This document shows, piece after piece, positions 1 through 12,970 of a DNA stretch of 64,000 bases. Position 1 is the stretch's first letter; each line of letters starts with the position of its first letter. The notes under the pieces were generated by a model, which saw only the letters and a list, made by a program, of their open reading frames with translations, made no database searches and was not told the origin of the DNA. The stretch covers positions 930,001 through 994,000 of the forward strand of contig JASTWF010000071.1 of assembly GCA_030390025.1 (NCBI GenBank). Direction: 5' to 3'. A program made the position numbers and the translations under genes. Source of the stretch: Squalus acanthias (taxonomy: Eukaryota).

Positions 1-478
1 GCAGGTTGAGAGGGAGAGAGAGGTCTGGAGAGATTTAACGCTGTCCTAAGGAGTTTTGGGTCCTGAAAACCACTTTTGAGGTTCCTTAGCACCGAGCTCT
101 TTCCCTGGGCCTATCCATTAGTGCTTCCAACACAATTGCTTTTGAGGTCTCTCCAGGCCGAGATTCAAGGCTGCAATGAGCAGGGTGTGGCTGGCCAGCA
201 AGATGGCCCCTCCCCTTTAAGAACTGGATGGCGCCAGTCTGTCTGGCTTCCATGGTAACTGACATCGCCTGAGCTTCACCAGCGTTCTGAGGTAGCGCCT
301 CGCTCCCCGACGTTAGTGCATTAAGAGAGGTGTGTAGCACCTGATTTAGCGCTCAAATCACCTCCAGGGGTGAGAGAGGCAAATTTTGCGGTTGGAGGCG
401 ATAATTAGCGCCTGGCGCTAAACTTTGCGCCCAGCCGATATTAGCGCCCCAAAATGAGCGATACTCAATTTTTCCCCC
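1..478. mobile_element. Probable end of a GC/CpG-rich non-autonomous DNA-transposon-like repeat (truncated by window start)
   Basis: Cluster of recurring (T)TAGCGCC/GGCGCTAA motifs at 345-450, ending in ...CTCAATTTTTCCCCC followed by TA. The partner end is not visible. Confidence 0.35.
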
Positions 479-775
479 TATTTGTCCAATCATCTAAGAG
501 GTGATCCACTAATTCATCAACAAACTCAAACATGATCTCAACACCAAATTCAACATCACTGTTTGGTGCCTTTTCCTATAGGAGACCTGCCTTGTCCATG
601 TCAAGTGTAACATTTTCCTACAAGCTTCGGTTCCTGTTGTGCCAGCACTATAGAGGCAGTTAAGCAGCTGCAATAATAGCAAAGCTTCCTGTAGACACTA
701 TAATCAAAGAACTGGAGAGAAATGTCAGCAAGTACAAGGGATGTAGACAGGAGAAGAGGGTTGGACAATATTCTT

Positions 776-950
776 AGAACATAAGAATTAGGAGCAGGAG
801 TAGGCCATTCGGCCCCTCGAGCCTGCTCCGCCATTCAATAAAATCATGACTGATCTTCGACCTCAACTCCACTTTCCCGCCCGATCCCCATATCCCTTGA
901 TTCGCCTCTAGTCCAAAGATCTATCGATCTCAGCCTTGAATATACTCAAC
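776..950 (-). mobile_element. CR1-type LINE 3' tail fragment in ELAVL3 last intron
   Basis: AGAACATAAGAATTAGGAGCAGGAGTAGGCCATTCGGCCCCTCGAGCCTGCTCCGCCATTCAAT is near-identical to the tail of the RT-encoding CR1 at 16246-16310. Confidence 0.85.
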
Positions 951-1071
951 AAATTCAAATAACAGTTGTCTAGAATGGGCAGAGCCATTTTGTGCCACAC
1001 AGTCGCTGCTGCGGCTGCTCGCTTCTACCACCAGATGGAGATTCAGAAGCTGGCAGATCCCCCGTCGCTGC

Positions 1072-1415
1072 GACTGCAGCATCGCTGCGACTGCACGCGG
1101 AGGGAGATTCGCTTCATCCTGACTTCCCACGAGCAATGCCAGGGGAGGTCTATAACTTGCAACTGCAGCATCGCGACTGCACGCGGAGGGAGATTCGCTT
1201 CATCCTGACTTCCCACGAGCAATGCCAGGGGAGGTCTATAACTTGCAACTGCAGCATCGCGACTGCACGCGGAGGGAGATTCACTTCATCCTGACTTCCC
1301 ACGAGCAATGCCAGGGGAGGTCTATAACTTGCAACTGCAGCATCGCGACTGCACGCGGAGGGAGATTCACTTCATCCTGACTTCCCATGAGCAATGCCAG
1401 GGGAGGTCGATAACT
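1072..1415 (+). repeat. Tandem repeat, ~4 copies of an 86-bp unit
   Basis: Unit AACTGCAGCATCGCGACTGCACGCGGAGGGAGATTC...GGGGAGGTCTATAACTTGC starts at 1161, 1247 and 1333 (period 86). There is a variant first copy from ~1072. Confidence 0.95.
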
Positions 1416-1478
1416 ATATAAACCTTGAAAATGTATCTGCTGAGGCTAGGGTTTTTGCAAAAAAAATGAAGTGGTTGA

Positions 1479-1850
<372 letters not shown>

Positions 1851-4800
1851 AGGCGCGCACGCAGGGCGCGAGAGAGAGGAAAAAAAATGAAAAACAGAAG
1901 CACCCCTCCGCAACAAAAAAAAACAACAAAAAAAAGTAAAGCAAAATAATCAATACGCCACCAAACACACACAGCAACAGAACAAAACAAAAATCAAAAA
2001 AATATCCATTAATATACCTGGGCTTACAGAGAAAAAAAAACAGACTTTTTTGAGGAGCCAGTGTTAGCATTATATTGATACAGGACATCTTACAACGAAT
2101 AACGAGGAAGCAATTTCATAAACAACTTTGAATACTTTTTTCATAGCTCTTATTATATGAATATAATACATGTAAAACAATACTACGCAGGGGTTTTTTA
2201 ACCCAGCCTAATATTAATAATAATACTTATAACTACCTTCTTTGAAGGTGATTATCTCTTGTAATGATGGGCAGAATAGAAAGCTGGGAAACTTAGAACA
2301 TTTTCACTAAGACCTGTTTTCAGAAGTGTCATGTGGTTGCAATTGATATATATAAAACAAATCTTTTAAAGGGGAATATTTATGAATTGCAGCTCATGAT
2401 TAATTGACCTTTTTTTTCTCTTTTTCTTGTTCCTTCCACGGTTTTATTAACTAAGATCAAAAAAAATGTGCAATACGGAATAGCGAAAATATTAGTCTGA
2501 GCTCTGTCAAACACTAAAGTGCATTACTGTAAATTAATTTTCAACAGTCTTTACTAATTTACTCACAAACCTCTCCGCCGAGTGTTCTGTGCGTGCGTGT
2601 GTGTGTGTGAGAGAGAGAGAGAAGCACATCCAGTTGGTAACTTTGCAACCGTGCATGGGCGATTATACAACCCTTCCCTCCTCTCCCTTCTTCTTGCAGT
2701 GCCTGGCGAGAAAGTCCAATTTCTCAACGTTTCCCAGAAGTTAAAAATGGGGCCCCAGCTTGGATGCATGGTCCAGTCTAGTTGGGTGTGTAAACTATTG
2801 TCCTGTGATCTTATTGGTAGGGCTAGTATTTTTGTAACTCGATAAAGAATGTGCTGTTCCTGCTGCGGCTTATTCTGACCCTGAGTCACCGCGCACTGCA
2901 AGTAGAAGGAGCCCTGCCGACCCATCTGAAGAAAATTGCAAAAAAAAAGGCCAAGTGGATTTTTCTACAGCGTCTGCAGCATGTTTTCAGAACACTTAGG
3001 TATTGAGTCTGTGAGTTAAACTATTTCTTTCCCCCCTCCCCCCCTCAATAGGCTAGAGTTCCCCTTTTCAGTAAGCTTAGTAATCTCATTTTAAAGTGAC
3101 AGTGCCTCACAGTAATTTCAATCCCGTTTAAAAAAATACTCATGGGAGGCGCGTTTGTAGCCTCTGAAAAATTGTTACGTGACCTCCTCCGTGTGGGAAA
3201 TCTTGAAAAAAAACACTAAAACAATGTTTATGGCGTTCACCAAAAACTTGTATGATAACAGAGGGCAGCTGACAGTAGCTGTATGTCCAGTCATCTGGTC
3301 TGTGCCTTCTGGGGCACTTTTGCCAATTGGGTTAGTACCAGGTGTAGTATCTGCGTGTGGGTCTCTTTTATACAGACATATATTAATGTGGAGGCTGGAT
3401 CTTTTACTCTCTGCTTTTCTTGCACTCCCTGGGTTTTAACCTGTTCTCTCTGGTTATCTGTTTCAAGCAAAGCATGTAGATTACCGGCGCAACTCCCCTA
3501 GACAGGATGGAAGGATCCCAGAGCATTCATTCTTAAAGCAATGTGTTGGACATGTCACAGGCATCTTCATAAACAGAGCTACTGGACAACAACCATCCTG
3601 TCAAACTGTTGCAAACAGGTTACTGAGTTTTCAGGAGGACAGATAATGTAAAAATGTTCTTTGATACCCCTATATTTATAAAAGCAAAGCATGCGACTCT
3701 TTCATATTTTAAAAAAATAGCTGTTTACATGGCGGGAGCTCATGAAGTATAATAAGGAGAGAATATGCTTGACAAATGCCTTAGTGGGAAACCTTTGCAC
3801 TTCTCAAATTCCCCTCGCCCCCCCCCCCCCCCCCGTTGTTTTCTTGTGTGCCTCCCGCTGGGGAGGACTGTTCAGTCAATATTCGGGGATAATGCCGTGT
3901 ACTGATTCGACCAGTCTCGCCTCAGCGCCAGCGCCTTCACCTCGGAGCGCCAGGTCCCGTCCACCGTTCGCCTCCGCGGTCTCCACCTTCCTTTCCCGTG
4001 GCGGCCAATTCCCCAAGGTCTTTCCCCCCCCTAAAGTTCCACCGACTTGGGATCATCCCGAGAAGGGGAAACCGCTTTTCAGTCAGTGTCGGTTTCGAAT
4101 TCCCATCGGTATCTTGTCATTGTCGAAGTATAATTACCAAAAAAAAAAATTCAGTGGCAATATTGACCGTGAGAAACTGCAGAGGTCAGCCTCCATTCTG
4201 CATGGAAGGCCTGTGGGATGACGTTAGGTCCCTGTCTTATTGTTGGCCAGCCAGGAGCATGGCAAGCACTGTCCCTGTAGTCTCCTTCCTCCTTGCACTC
4301 CCATTTTAAGACGTGTAACTGTGTCCACCCCAGAAGGAGTAATGGCTGAGTGATCCCTATTGGGATTCAAACCCAAGATCTTATGACCCTTAGTCAATTG
4401 TTTCAACCAACAGACCTACCCAACATATTATGCTGAACATTATACTGCATTATACACAGTGACATTTTCATATTTACAATAAAAGTCATAGTGAGGCGAT
4501 AATAGGGGAAGACTTCCTCTGTCCATTGCCTGTAAGAGTATCATAGACACTTCCCCCGAAGGCAACATCAGTAGAGCGATGCATCAGTTTCGCGCCCCTT
4601 TAAAGTTAAAATTCACATCACGGAATCTGAATGGCCCCCATACACGGTCCAAATAGATGACACGGTCAGGAGGTGTGGGGCAAGACCGTTGCCCCACTCG
4701 TGGTGCCGATGTTGCCGGTAGACTGAGTTTTACAGAGCTCGATTTTAGGACTCAGTCCCACCTTGTGCCAAAACAATCAAATGCCAGGCCAGTTAAAACG

Positions 4801-5147
4801 AAAAGCGGCGAGGTGCTCCCATCCACTCTGTTCAGTATTGCCTGATTAACACAAGTGAATATAAAAGTTAGCGCTCGCATACACACCACATGCATGCGCG
4901 CACACACACACACAGAGTGGGAAATTCACCTACAACAATCTGTGTCTTACTGTATTCCAGCCCAAACTAACAGTTCCCATTGAAGAGACAGAATACTGTG
5001 GTAGACAATGCTGGCAATCAATGGAACAAGCCCTCTCGCCACTCACTCACATCCACACCACACGTCAGTTAAGGGTAGCAATAGTGAGACTGGTACTAGT
5101 AACACACACTCACTGGTGCAGTACAATCCACATCTTATCTTTCATGT

Positions 5148-5149
5148 AT

Positions 5150-5193
<44 letters not shown>

Positions 5194-5210
5194 GTACATA
5201 CACACATACG
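5148..5210. repeat. (CA)n(TA)n compound microsatellite
   Basis: Direct reading: a cacaca run followed by a tatata run. Confidence 0.9.
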
Positions 5211-6280
5211 TGCGCACAGACACATGTATACACCCCCAGCTGGTCATAGACTAACGCAGGTACAATATCCTGATAAATGCTCATGCTAATAGGAAAAGTG
5301 CGCAGATTCTCACAGTGAATCGTATTGGCACAGTATGTTGGCTCTTGCCTTCAGACACTGGGTTTCCCAGTGAGTTGCTGATTTCTCCACCAGCCCGTCA
5401 CAGTAAAACATTCCACATTTTGTCACTTCCTACAGAAAACCCCCGGTTCTCCTTAAAGGTCCAAGCTCTTTACAGGAGAATACCTTTAACTACCTTTTTC
5501 CAGCATCAGATGCCGCTTCTCTTTAAACCCCGCATACTTTCTGACCATGTGGCATTTCCTATTTGGCATGCGAGCGGCGAGAAAGTTCCCAGCGTTTTTT
5601 TTTTTGCGAGGTTCTCAGCCCTGTTGGGAACAGGGGATGCTGGAAATGTGGAGCAGGGCAGTCAGCAGGTGAAAGAGAAACATTGGGGAGTGGGGGGCGC
5701 GGAGGGCGAAGGCTTTCAACTTTGACTTTTCGTCAGAACCTCTCTGATGCTGTCTGACCTGCTGTACTCTTCCAACATTTTCTGCTTTAATTTCAGGTTT
5801 CTGCCATTCACTGGGGGAAGAGGGGGGCGGTTACATCAATGCAGTGGTTTTATGACTATTTTGGCGACATGGCTGGGGGGAATTTGCTGCTATATTTCCC
5901 TGCTTCCGACAATTTAAAATAATCAACCAAATGATGTCAGTAATCGAGTGTTGGCCTTAAAGCAGTGGGTGATTAGGGCAGTGAAGTATATGTATTGGCT
6001 CATTAGGGAAATAAACATGAATATCACCTCCCGGGTTAATCCAATTTTAGACAAGGAACTACTGGTTGCGATACGAGCTTTCAAATACTTAATGCATTTA
6101 CATGGCATCCCGTTGCCCACTATTTTAACAGAGGCGTTAACCCATTTAAAATATGTGTTAACTCCCCTGCAGGTAAGGGAATCAAACATGAACGCATTTA
6201 GCATTCATGAACAGTGATTTCTAGGCTTGAGTATTTTTGAGACTTCCTGTTGGTCACTTCTATTTCATGTTGTCGCGATT

Positions 6281-6628
6281 TAGAATCATAGAATCATACA
6301 GAGCAGAAGGAGGCCATTCGGCCCATTGTACCAGTGCCGGCTCTTTGAAAGAGCTCTCCAATTAGTCCCACGCCCCCTGCTCTTTCCCCACAGCCCTGCA
6401 AGTTTTTCCTTTTCAAGTATTTATCCAGTTCCCTTTTGAAAGTTACTATTGAATCTGCTTCCACTGCCCTTTCAGGCAGTGCAGTCCAGACCACAGCAAC
6501 TCGCTGTGTGTAAAAAAAAAAGTTCTCCTCATCTCCCCCTCTGGTTCTTTTGCCAATTATATTCAATCTGTGTCCTTTGGTTACTGACCCTCCTGCCAGT
6601 GGAAACAGTTTCTCCTTATTTACTCCTT
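6281..6628 (-). mobile_element. CR1/HER1-type LINE 3' end within the putative ELAVL3 3'UTR
   Basis: TAGAATCATAGAATCATAC tail, GGAGGCCATTCGGCCCAT, and a minus-strand ORF fragment VWTALPERAVEADSIVTFKRELDKYLK typical of the CR1 ORF2 C-terminus. Confidence 0.85.
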
Positions 6629-9600
6629 ATTTAATCATGTTTTTGGTGGCATTGGCAACACCAAGAGGTGAAGACTAAAGTATAATGGGAATGCCAACCT
6701 TCTATTACTTTTAATAGGTTAACAGTAACACCTGCTGTGCAGTCCTCCCACCACTGGTGTGCGCTGTAGCATGCCCTGTCCAGGTCTGTCCGCCACCTCG
6801 TCCTGTTACACCTTTGCTGCCTGGTTGGTAATCTGGTGGAGCGGATCGCTTCCTCACCCCCCCCCCCCCCTTCCCCCACTATTCCCCATTGCCCAATTTC
6901 CATTCCATTGAAATCAACAGGATGAAAATTGGGCGGGTTCTACAACGGGTTGGCAATCTGCTCCGCCAGGGTAGCGCCTAGCGGCAAATTTGAAAATGAC
7001 CCTCGCCGTTCCCTCTAACCATGAGCAATGCCACAGGAGATTCACTGATATCAGAAAAGTAGAATATGAATTCCCCCCCCCCCCTTCCTTAGTTTTACCT
7101 TGGTACATAATTACTCACGTATTTCTTGGCCGCCACTGACCAGCAATAATAGTCCCTGCACCTTCACTACATGACATGAATTGAGACAGTTCAAGGATGT
7201 GATAAGGCGTCAGATATCAGTCAGGTGCAAGGAGACCACAGCTCGCAGTATAAAAGACGAGAGTTATCAGAATTTCTAGTAAATAGTTGAAGGTCACCCA
7301 GGCACAAAGGCTCGAACACACCCAGTAGCGATGTCATTGCAAAGAGAGGTCAATCTTCAAAAAGACATATTGGAATCATCTGTGTTTTACCTACTATTGA
7401 CACAGAATTTAAAGTGACAGTCCCACAACCGCTTCGTGCCACAGTATTGATTATATCGCATAACCTCCACTTTCCCCTTTTTTTTGGTGGATAGATTGTT
7501 ACAGTTGCAATGCGTTTAAAATAGAGTAACCTACAGGGATTGAATTCAGTTACGCCTGCTCCTCTTCCCTTCTCCTGGCACGCTGGAGATAGTCCAAGAT
7601 ATCCATTTTTGTATGTGTGAGAGGGCAGGGGAATACAAATGGGTGCAGAAATGTGTGACAATCGGCAGCTTTGTTGCTAATTCGGAAATGTTTTGTATAT
7701 TGGGCAGGAGGTCTGCAGGAAAGGCTGCTGTCTGGGAATGGGAATATTTGGTTGAATACATCTTGTGTGGAGATGTACCTTGCACGTGTATATAAATATC
7801 CTGTAATAGATATCTTAGTTTCTCTGTCGATGTATTAATTCATCGTGGGGATTCAGGCTTTTTATTTTTAAGTCCTGGATTGAGGTGCAGTGAGTATATC
7901 CTGCCCCCCACCCCCCCACCCCTATGGAAATTTTTCATGCTGTAGTTTCTAAAGGTGTCTTGAAACAGGAGCCTCTCCAACTCCAATTACATTGACAACC
8001 AAAGTGACTTAGACAAGGCTCACTCCATCAATACAACTCTGGACTCTGTTTACATCAGCATTTGACCTCGGACATCAGGATCTGCCCGGGGCTGAGGTGG
8101 CCTCATCCCAAGTGTCAGAGGTCGAGAGTAGATGTTGATGTCACTCCAGGGCTGTTTTGAGATCTCTACGAGTGTCACTCTTGTGTCAAATTCAGGGTCA
8201 AGTGCAGAGGCTTTGTTCCAGTTTCAAGGGTCTACACTACAAAGTTCTCCTTGGAGTTGAATCCATATCGGATTCCCCAGCAACGAATTTTGCAGTTTAT
8301 GTGAAGCTTCAGTATTGCTGGTAGTATTGGTTTGGGATAGTACGTAGGGCAGACGCTACCCATCATTACTGTTGTACAGTAGGCCTTCACTATAACACTC
8401 TCTGATATATCTTCACCTCCAATAGTACACAGATTGTTTGTGGCTCCCTCTAACAGGGAAACCAAATAAATTACTCTCTCTATAACACACTAATACACCA
8501 CAACCTCACGCATAGTACCTTGTTCATGGCTCCATCAGTAAACTGTATCAAACACTCTGTACAGTACATCTGTCACTGATATACCATAACCACCAATAGC
8601 TCGCGCACAGTTTATGTCTCCATTATTAATAGACACCATCTAAAGCACCCCATTTATAAAGGGTTTGTCGCTATAATACTCCATGATACACTACGCTCTG
8701 TGACATGCATTGCTTATGGCTCCCTAATTGATAGAGAAGCCATAAAAGTCTACACCCCTCACTATAACACGCTTGTTGTTTTATGACTGTATGAGTCTAT
8801 CCAAGAGACTATACTTTAATAAACCAGTCAGGAGTGTACAATAGGTAACTTACATGGTTTATTTTACTGCCACGGCATTGAGTTGGGACGGTTAGCAAAA
8901 TGATCAGGGCAACAGAACAGCAAGAAAATAATTGGCAAGTCAAACTTTATGGCAATTTATGGGACTGAGATGTTACGGTTATTTACAGGAAAAATAATAA
9001 CCTTAAAGCCTTGCTAGTTTATCTCTATGAAGAAAACCAAGGTCATCAAAGACTGAAAGGGAAGTATATTCGACAGAATTGCTCCACAATCACTCAACAG
9101 TACAATAAGTACACTTACTGGGTGTCTTTCAGTTGCCTCATTGCTGGGTTAAACTGCTGGCCAGAGGGTGCCTGGGAGCAATCACTTTCTGCAGGACTCC
9201 CCTTGATGTGACACCATGGATCAAGAGGGCTTTGTGTAGCTCGCTATTACTAGTCATGATGCCACATAAGGGAGAACGCTGCACAAATTGCCACCAAACT
9301 ATCTCCAGACGGCAAAATATTAAATTCAGACAAGCCAGTGATAGCACAGAAGGTTTTTGCTTTTAACATTTATTTATTCTTGGGGCAACTCAGCTCAATG
9401 GACTTCCCCTTTAAGTTGAAAACCTCATCGGTTTTCAAAGCAATTGAAAATTGACTTGTTGACCCCCCCCCCCCCCCCCATCTAAATGTAATTGGGAGTT
9501 GGTTTGAAAAGTGAACATATTGACTGCCCCCCCCCCCCCCCTCCCACTTTACAATGGTTCCTTAGTGCCATCTAGCATTTGGCATTAAAACGCCTCTCAA

Positions 9601-12600
9601 ACATGCATTTCACCTTTTTTTTTAAAACACAAAATCCAGAATGCAGAGTGAGTCACATCGTTCGAGAAGCAAGTGTGTTCTGGATTGTTACCAGGGTCGG
9701 AAACGTCATTGCATCGCAGGTAGAGTTAAATCATGACCATCGACTATTCTTATTTAAGTATGCCTTGCATACATCTGCCAAAGACAGTTATAGAGAGGGT
9801 CTACTGTATTCGTAACAACATAAATGTCTCTAACAATCCTTTGAATGTGGAAGGACAGACAAAAGAGAAATGAAAGGTATTAATGTATAGGGTTTTTTTT
9901 TAAAGAAAAAGATTCATAAGTGATCCCCTTTATGATGATCTAAAAATCCTGAAGACCTGTTGAAAGAACATGATGCAGACTTCTAACCATTTGTCTCCCC
10001 CCTTCCAAGCTCTTCCTATTTATTGTGATAGATAGATTATTGTAAAAAGTCCTTATTTCCATGCTGGGGATGGGAGGGTTCTAACAAACAACATTGGCAA
10101 AACATTTGATGACTTTTCATATTATAATAAATCTTGCCAAAGAGATGATCTCTTTGATGTGAATGGGTTTAAAAAAATCTATTTTTATAAAAAAGAAAAA
10201 GACCTCATTGAAAATTTTTACAGAACCTTGATCGAAAAAAAAAGAGAATATTTTGACAGGCTATGTTCTTTTAGTGGGAGGGGGAGGACAGTTTTGTCAC
10301 GTGTGCTCTAGGCTGATAACTTTTTAAGACTTAAAAAAAATGGGAGCATAAAACACATTGTTTTCGAGCAAGAATTGTCGATACTAAGTTTGTACTCAGT
10401 GATGCAGAGAGCATGTAGTTTGATGGGGAGCACTCTCTCAACAGTACAGGTTCCACACAGTGACATCATAACAGCTGACAAGGTTTGGTTGAGGCCTTCC
10501 TATTTAGTTGCCGTGACAGATCGACATTCTTAAAGAGAAGATTGCCAAAAAAAAAAACCAAGTGACTTTTCAACCGGTTGGCTTTGCCGGTCTTGGAAAC
10601 TAGTTTGCTTTCAACAAGATGGGCAAATGATCAAGTTCCAAGGTCCTTCCTTCATTTTGTTCCTTCTAGAGGTATAAGGTTTTCTTCTTCCATCGCAGCA
10701 TTCACTGAGCTTCAAAGTCGTTCATTGTATATGAAGGGCTTGAGTTGTTTCTGAGACCCCCCACCCCCCATAGGACGCTACTTAAATGCACATTTTCTTA
10801 TCCAACTTAGATATCTGTCCCCCAATTCGTAAGACATTATATGCTAATATATATAATGAAAAATTCAGTCAAATGCAGGGTTTTTTTTCCTCCCCAAAAT
10901 TTATAGTTCATTTGCACAGTTGTAGAGAAGCATTAGACTCTATTAGCATGTACTTTAAATCCTGTCCCCTTTAGTTTGTGCATTTGTGTACAGATCTGTC
11001 CAATATGTGGATAACTAACTAGTGTTGGTTGGCACCAACACAGTCACAATTGGTATAGAGCAGCACCAGTCCATCACTGGTCCTAAAGGGTTTCCTTGAA
11101 GTTGAGCAAGGCTAACTGGACAGGCTAGCTTAGCTGGGAGGACTGGGTCTTACTGATTCAACCGGGCCTAGTCTCAATATTGCAGCCTGGCCTCCTCAGA
11201 CCGCTGGCACACTTGCAAAATGGTGTAGGAAGACCAGACAATATAGCACGCTCCGTCTGCCGTCTTTGCTGGATTTTAGACTTCCAGCAATCTACCGATG
11301 GGGGAAAAAAAAAGTGAACGAATTGGGATCATTGGGGCCGATTAGGGTAGCAAGGGGAAACGGGTCCAATTACCCTACCTGCATACAAAGGACAAAATGA
11401 AAGGAAAACGCGATGAAGTCAAGTTTTTTTTTTATTTTTGACACTATTCTCTTTAATCAAAATAGTTTGATCATTCGTCTGAGGGCCTCCGTATATTTAT
11501 TTATCTTTACCACCTCTTTAAGATAAGTTGTTCTTCCTACGTTGGGGGCGGTAGGTGCTAGTTGACTCTTTGTGTGTTCCTAAGGAAATGTTTTCGGAAA
11601 GCCACTGATGCAAGCCCTACCTATCCTTTTCAAAGCCGAGCAAAGCACTAAAGGCTCTGTTACGTTTGAAATAAAAGCTTTTGATTTTGAATTTGGCTTT
11701 GCTTTGACCCATGTTGACTTTGTGTGTGGGGGAGGGGCTTTTTTTTTTTTAATTTCCCCACCCCTCCTCCAAGACTTGACTATTGCCAAACTTGCCAGTT
11801 AGTTTGCATTCTCACTATTTTTTTAAAAAAAACCAATTTCTTTCTTAACGTCAGATGTTTCTTTGTGTCCGGAACTCTATGTGTAAGACATGGGTCTCAT
11901 TTTGTTAGAATAGTTTTTAAGATAAAAAAAGGGGAAAAAAAAGATTTTCTATTGTTTTAAAACCGTGTTAAGTGTATTGTACGAATCTGTGGTAGCTTAC
12001 ATTGCAAGAAAAAAAAACACTTAAAAAAAAAAGCACCATGACCTAGGTCATATTTTGGCAAATTATAGCTTCTTGTAGCTTAACTTATTCAGAGGTTGAA
12101 TATATATTATCGCATTGTAAAAGTCGTTCTGTGTATATTTATGTTTTCTTTATATTTGCAAGTTTTAAACAAAAAAACGACTTTAATTTTTACCAATAAG
12201 TGGTTTAGCTTAATTTATTCTAAAGGGAACAAACTTAAAGTTTGAGGATGGCTCTCCTTAGTCAAGTACACTGATAAAAGTGTATGTCGTGATTCATACG
12301 AAACAAAAAATATTGAGTATTAGGAAGTTACTTTGTGCGATAGTTGTTATAACTTTGCTATTACTTTCGTCTTGTTAAACATTTTCAGTCTTATCCTAAT
12401 AGTAGTGTCGATGGAATTTAACATGTTATTGCTTGGTACCTCTTTGGTTTTATTTTTCCTCTATGCCAATCCTCTAATGGCGCAATGAGTGAGTGGTGAC
12501 GAACAAAAGGAAATTTAAAAAAAAATAAAGTCTCGGAGATATTCGTGGACGTTTTGTGGACAAGGGAAGTCCAATTGACTGGATTATCAATGACAAGTGG

Positions 12601-12917
12601 GGGGGGGGTGGGAGGGAGGGGAGTTCAGGGTTCAGAAAAAAAAGTGAACAAAATGGAGCCCTGGACTTGGTGGCTTGTGTGTACAAAGCATTATCGGGGA
12701 GGCACAGATCTTTTTTCTCTTTGGTGTATTTAGTTGGGGGAGGGGTAAAAGTTCCTACGATCCTTTAACTTAATATTTATTTCGATGGTAAATTATGGCT
12801 GATTTCATGTTGGAACAAACTTGCTAGTTTAGAGTATTTATTACTGGGAATACAAATGTGGAAGCTGTAAACATTTTTCATTGAACTGTTTGATTATTTG
12901 TACTTTTCATGCCAGAC

Positions 12918-12970
12918 AATAAACTTCAGAATCTTATTGCAGAGCTTCACGCTGTTGTGTTGTTGTTTTT
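12918..12970 (+). terminator. Distal polyadenylation signal of ELAVL3 (AATAAA plus GU-rich downstream element)
   Basis: TGTA at ~12899, AATAAA at 12918-12923, then GCTGTTGTGTTGTTGTTTTT at 12951-12970. Dense repeats resume shortly after. Confidence 0.7.

Larger units (their letters stand above)
1851..12945 (+). other. ELAVL3: Putative long 3'UTR of ELAVL3
   Basis: AU/U-rich blocks right after the stop (1880-2560) and again at 11950-12930. Very few transposon remnants compared with the flanks. Ends at a canonical poly(A) signal. Confidence 0.6.

Noticed and set aside
1072-1415. Regular repeat array as a possible CRISPR
   Set aside because: Units are contiguous and near-identical with no unique spacers, there are no cas genes, and the context is a vertebrate intron.
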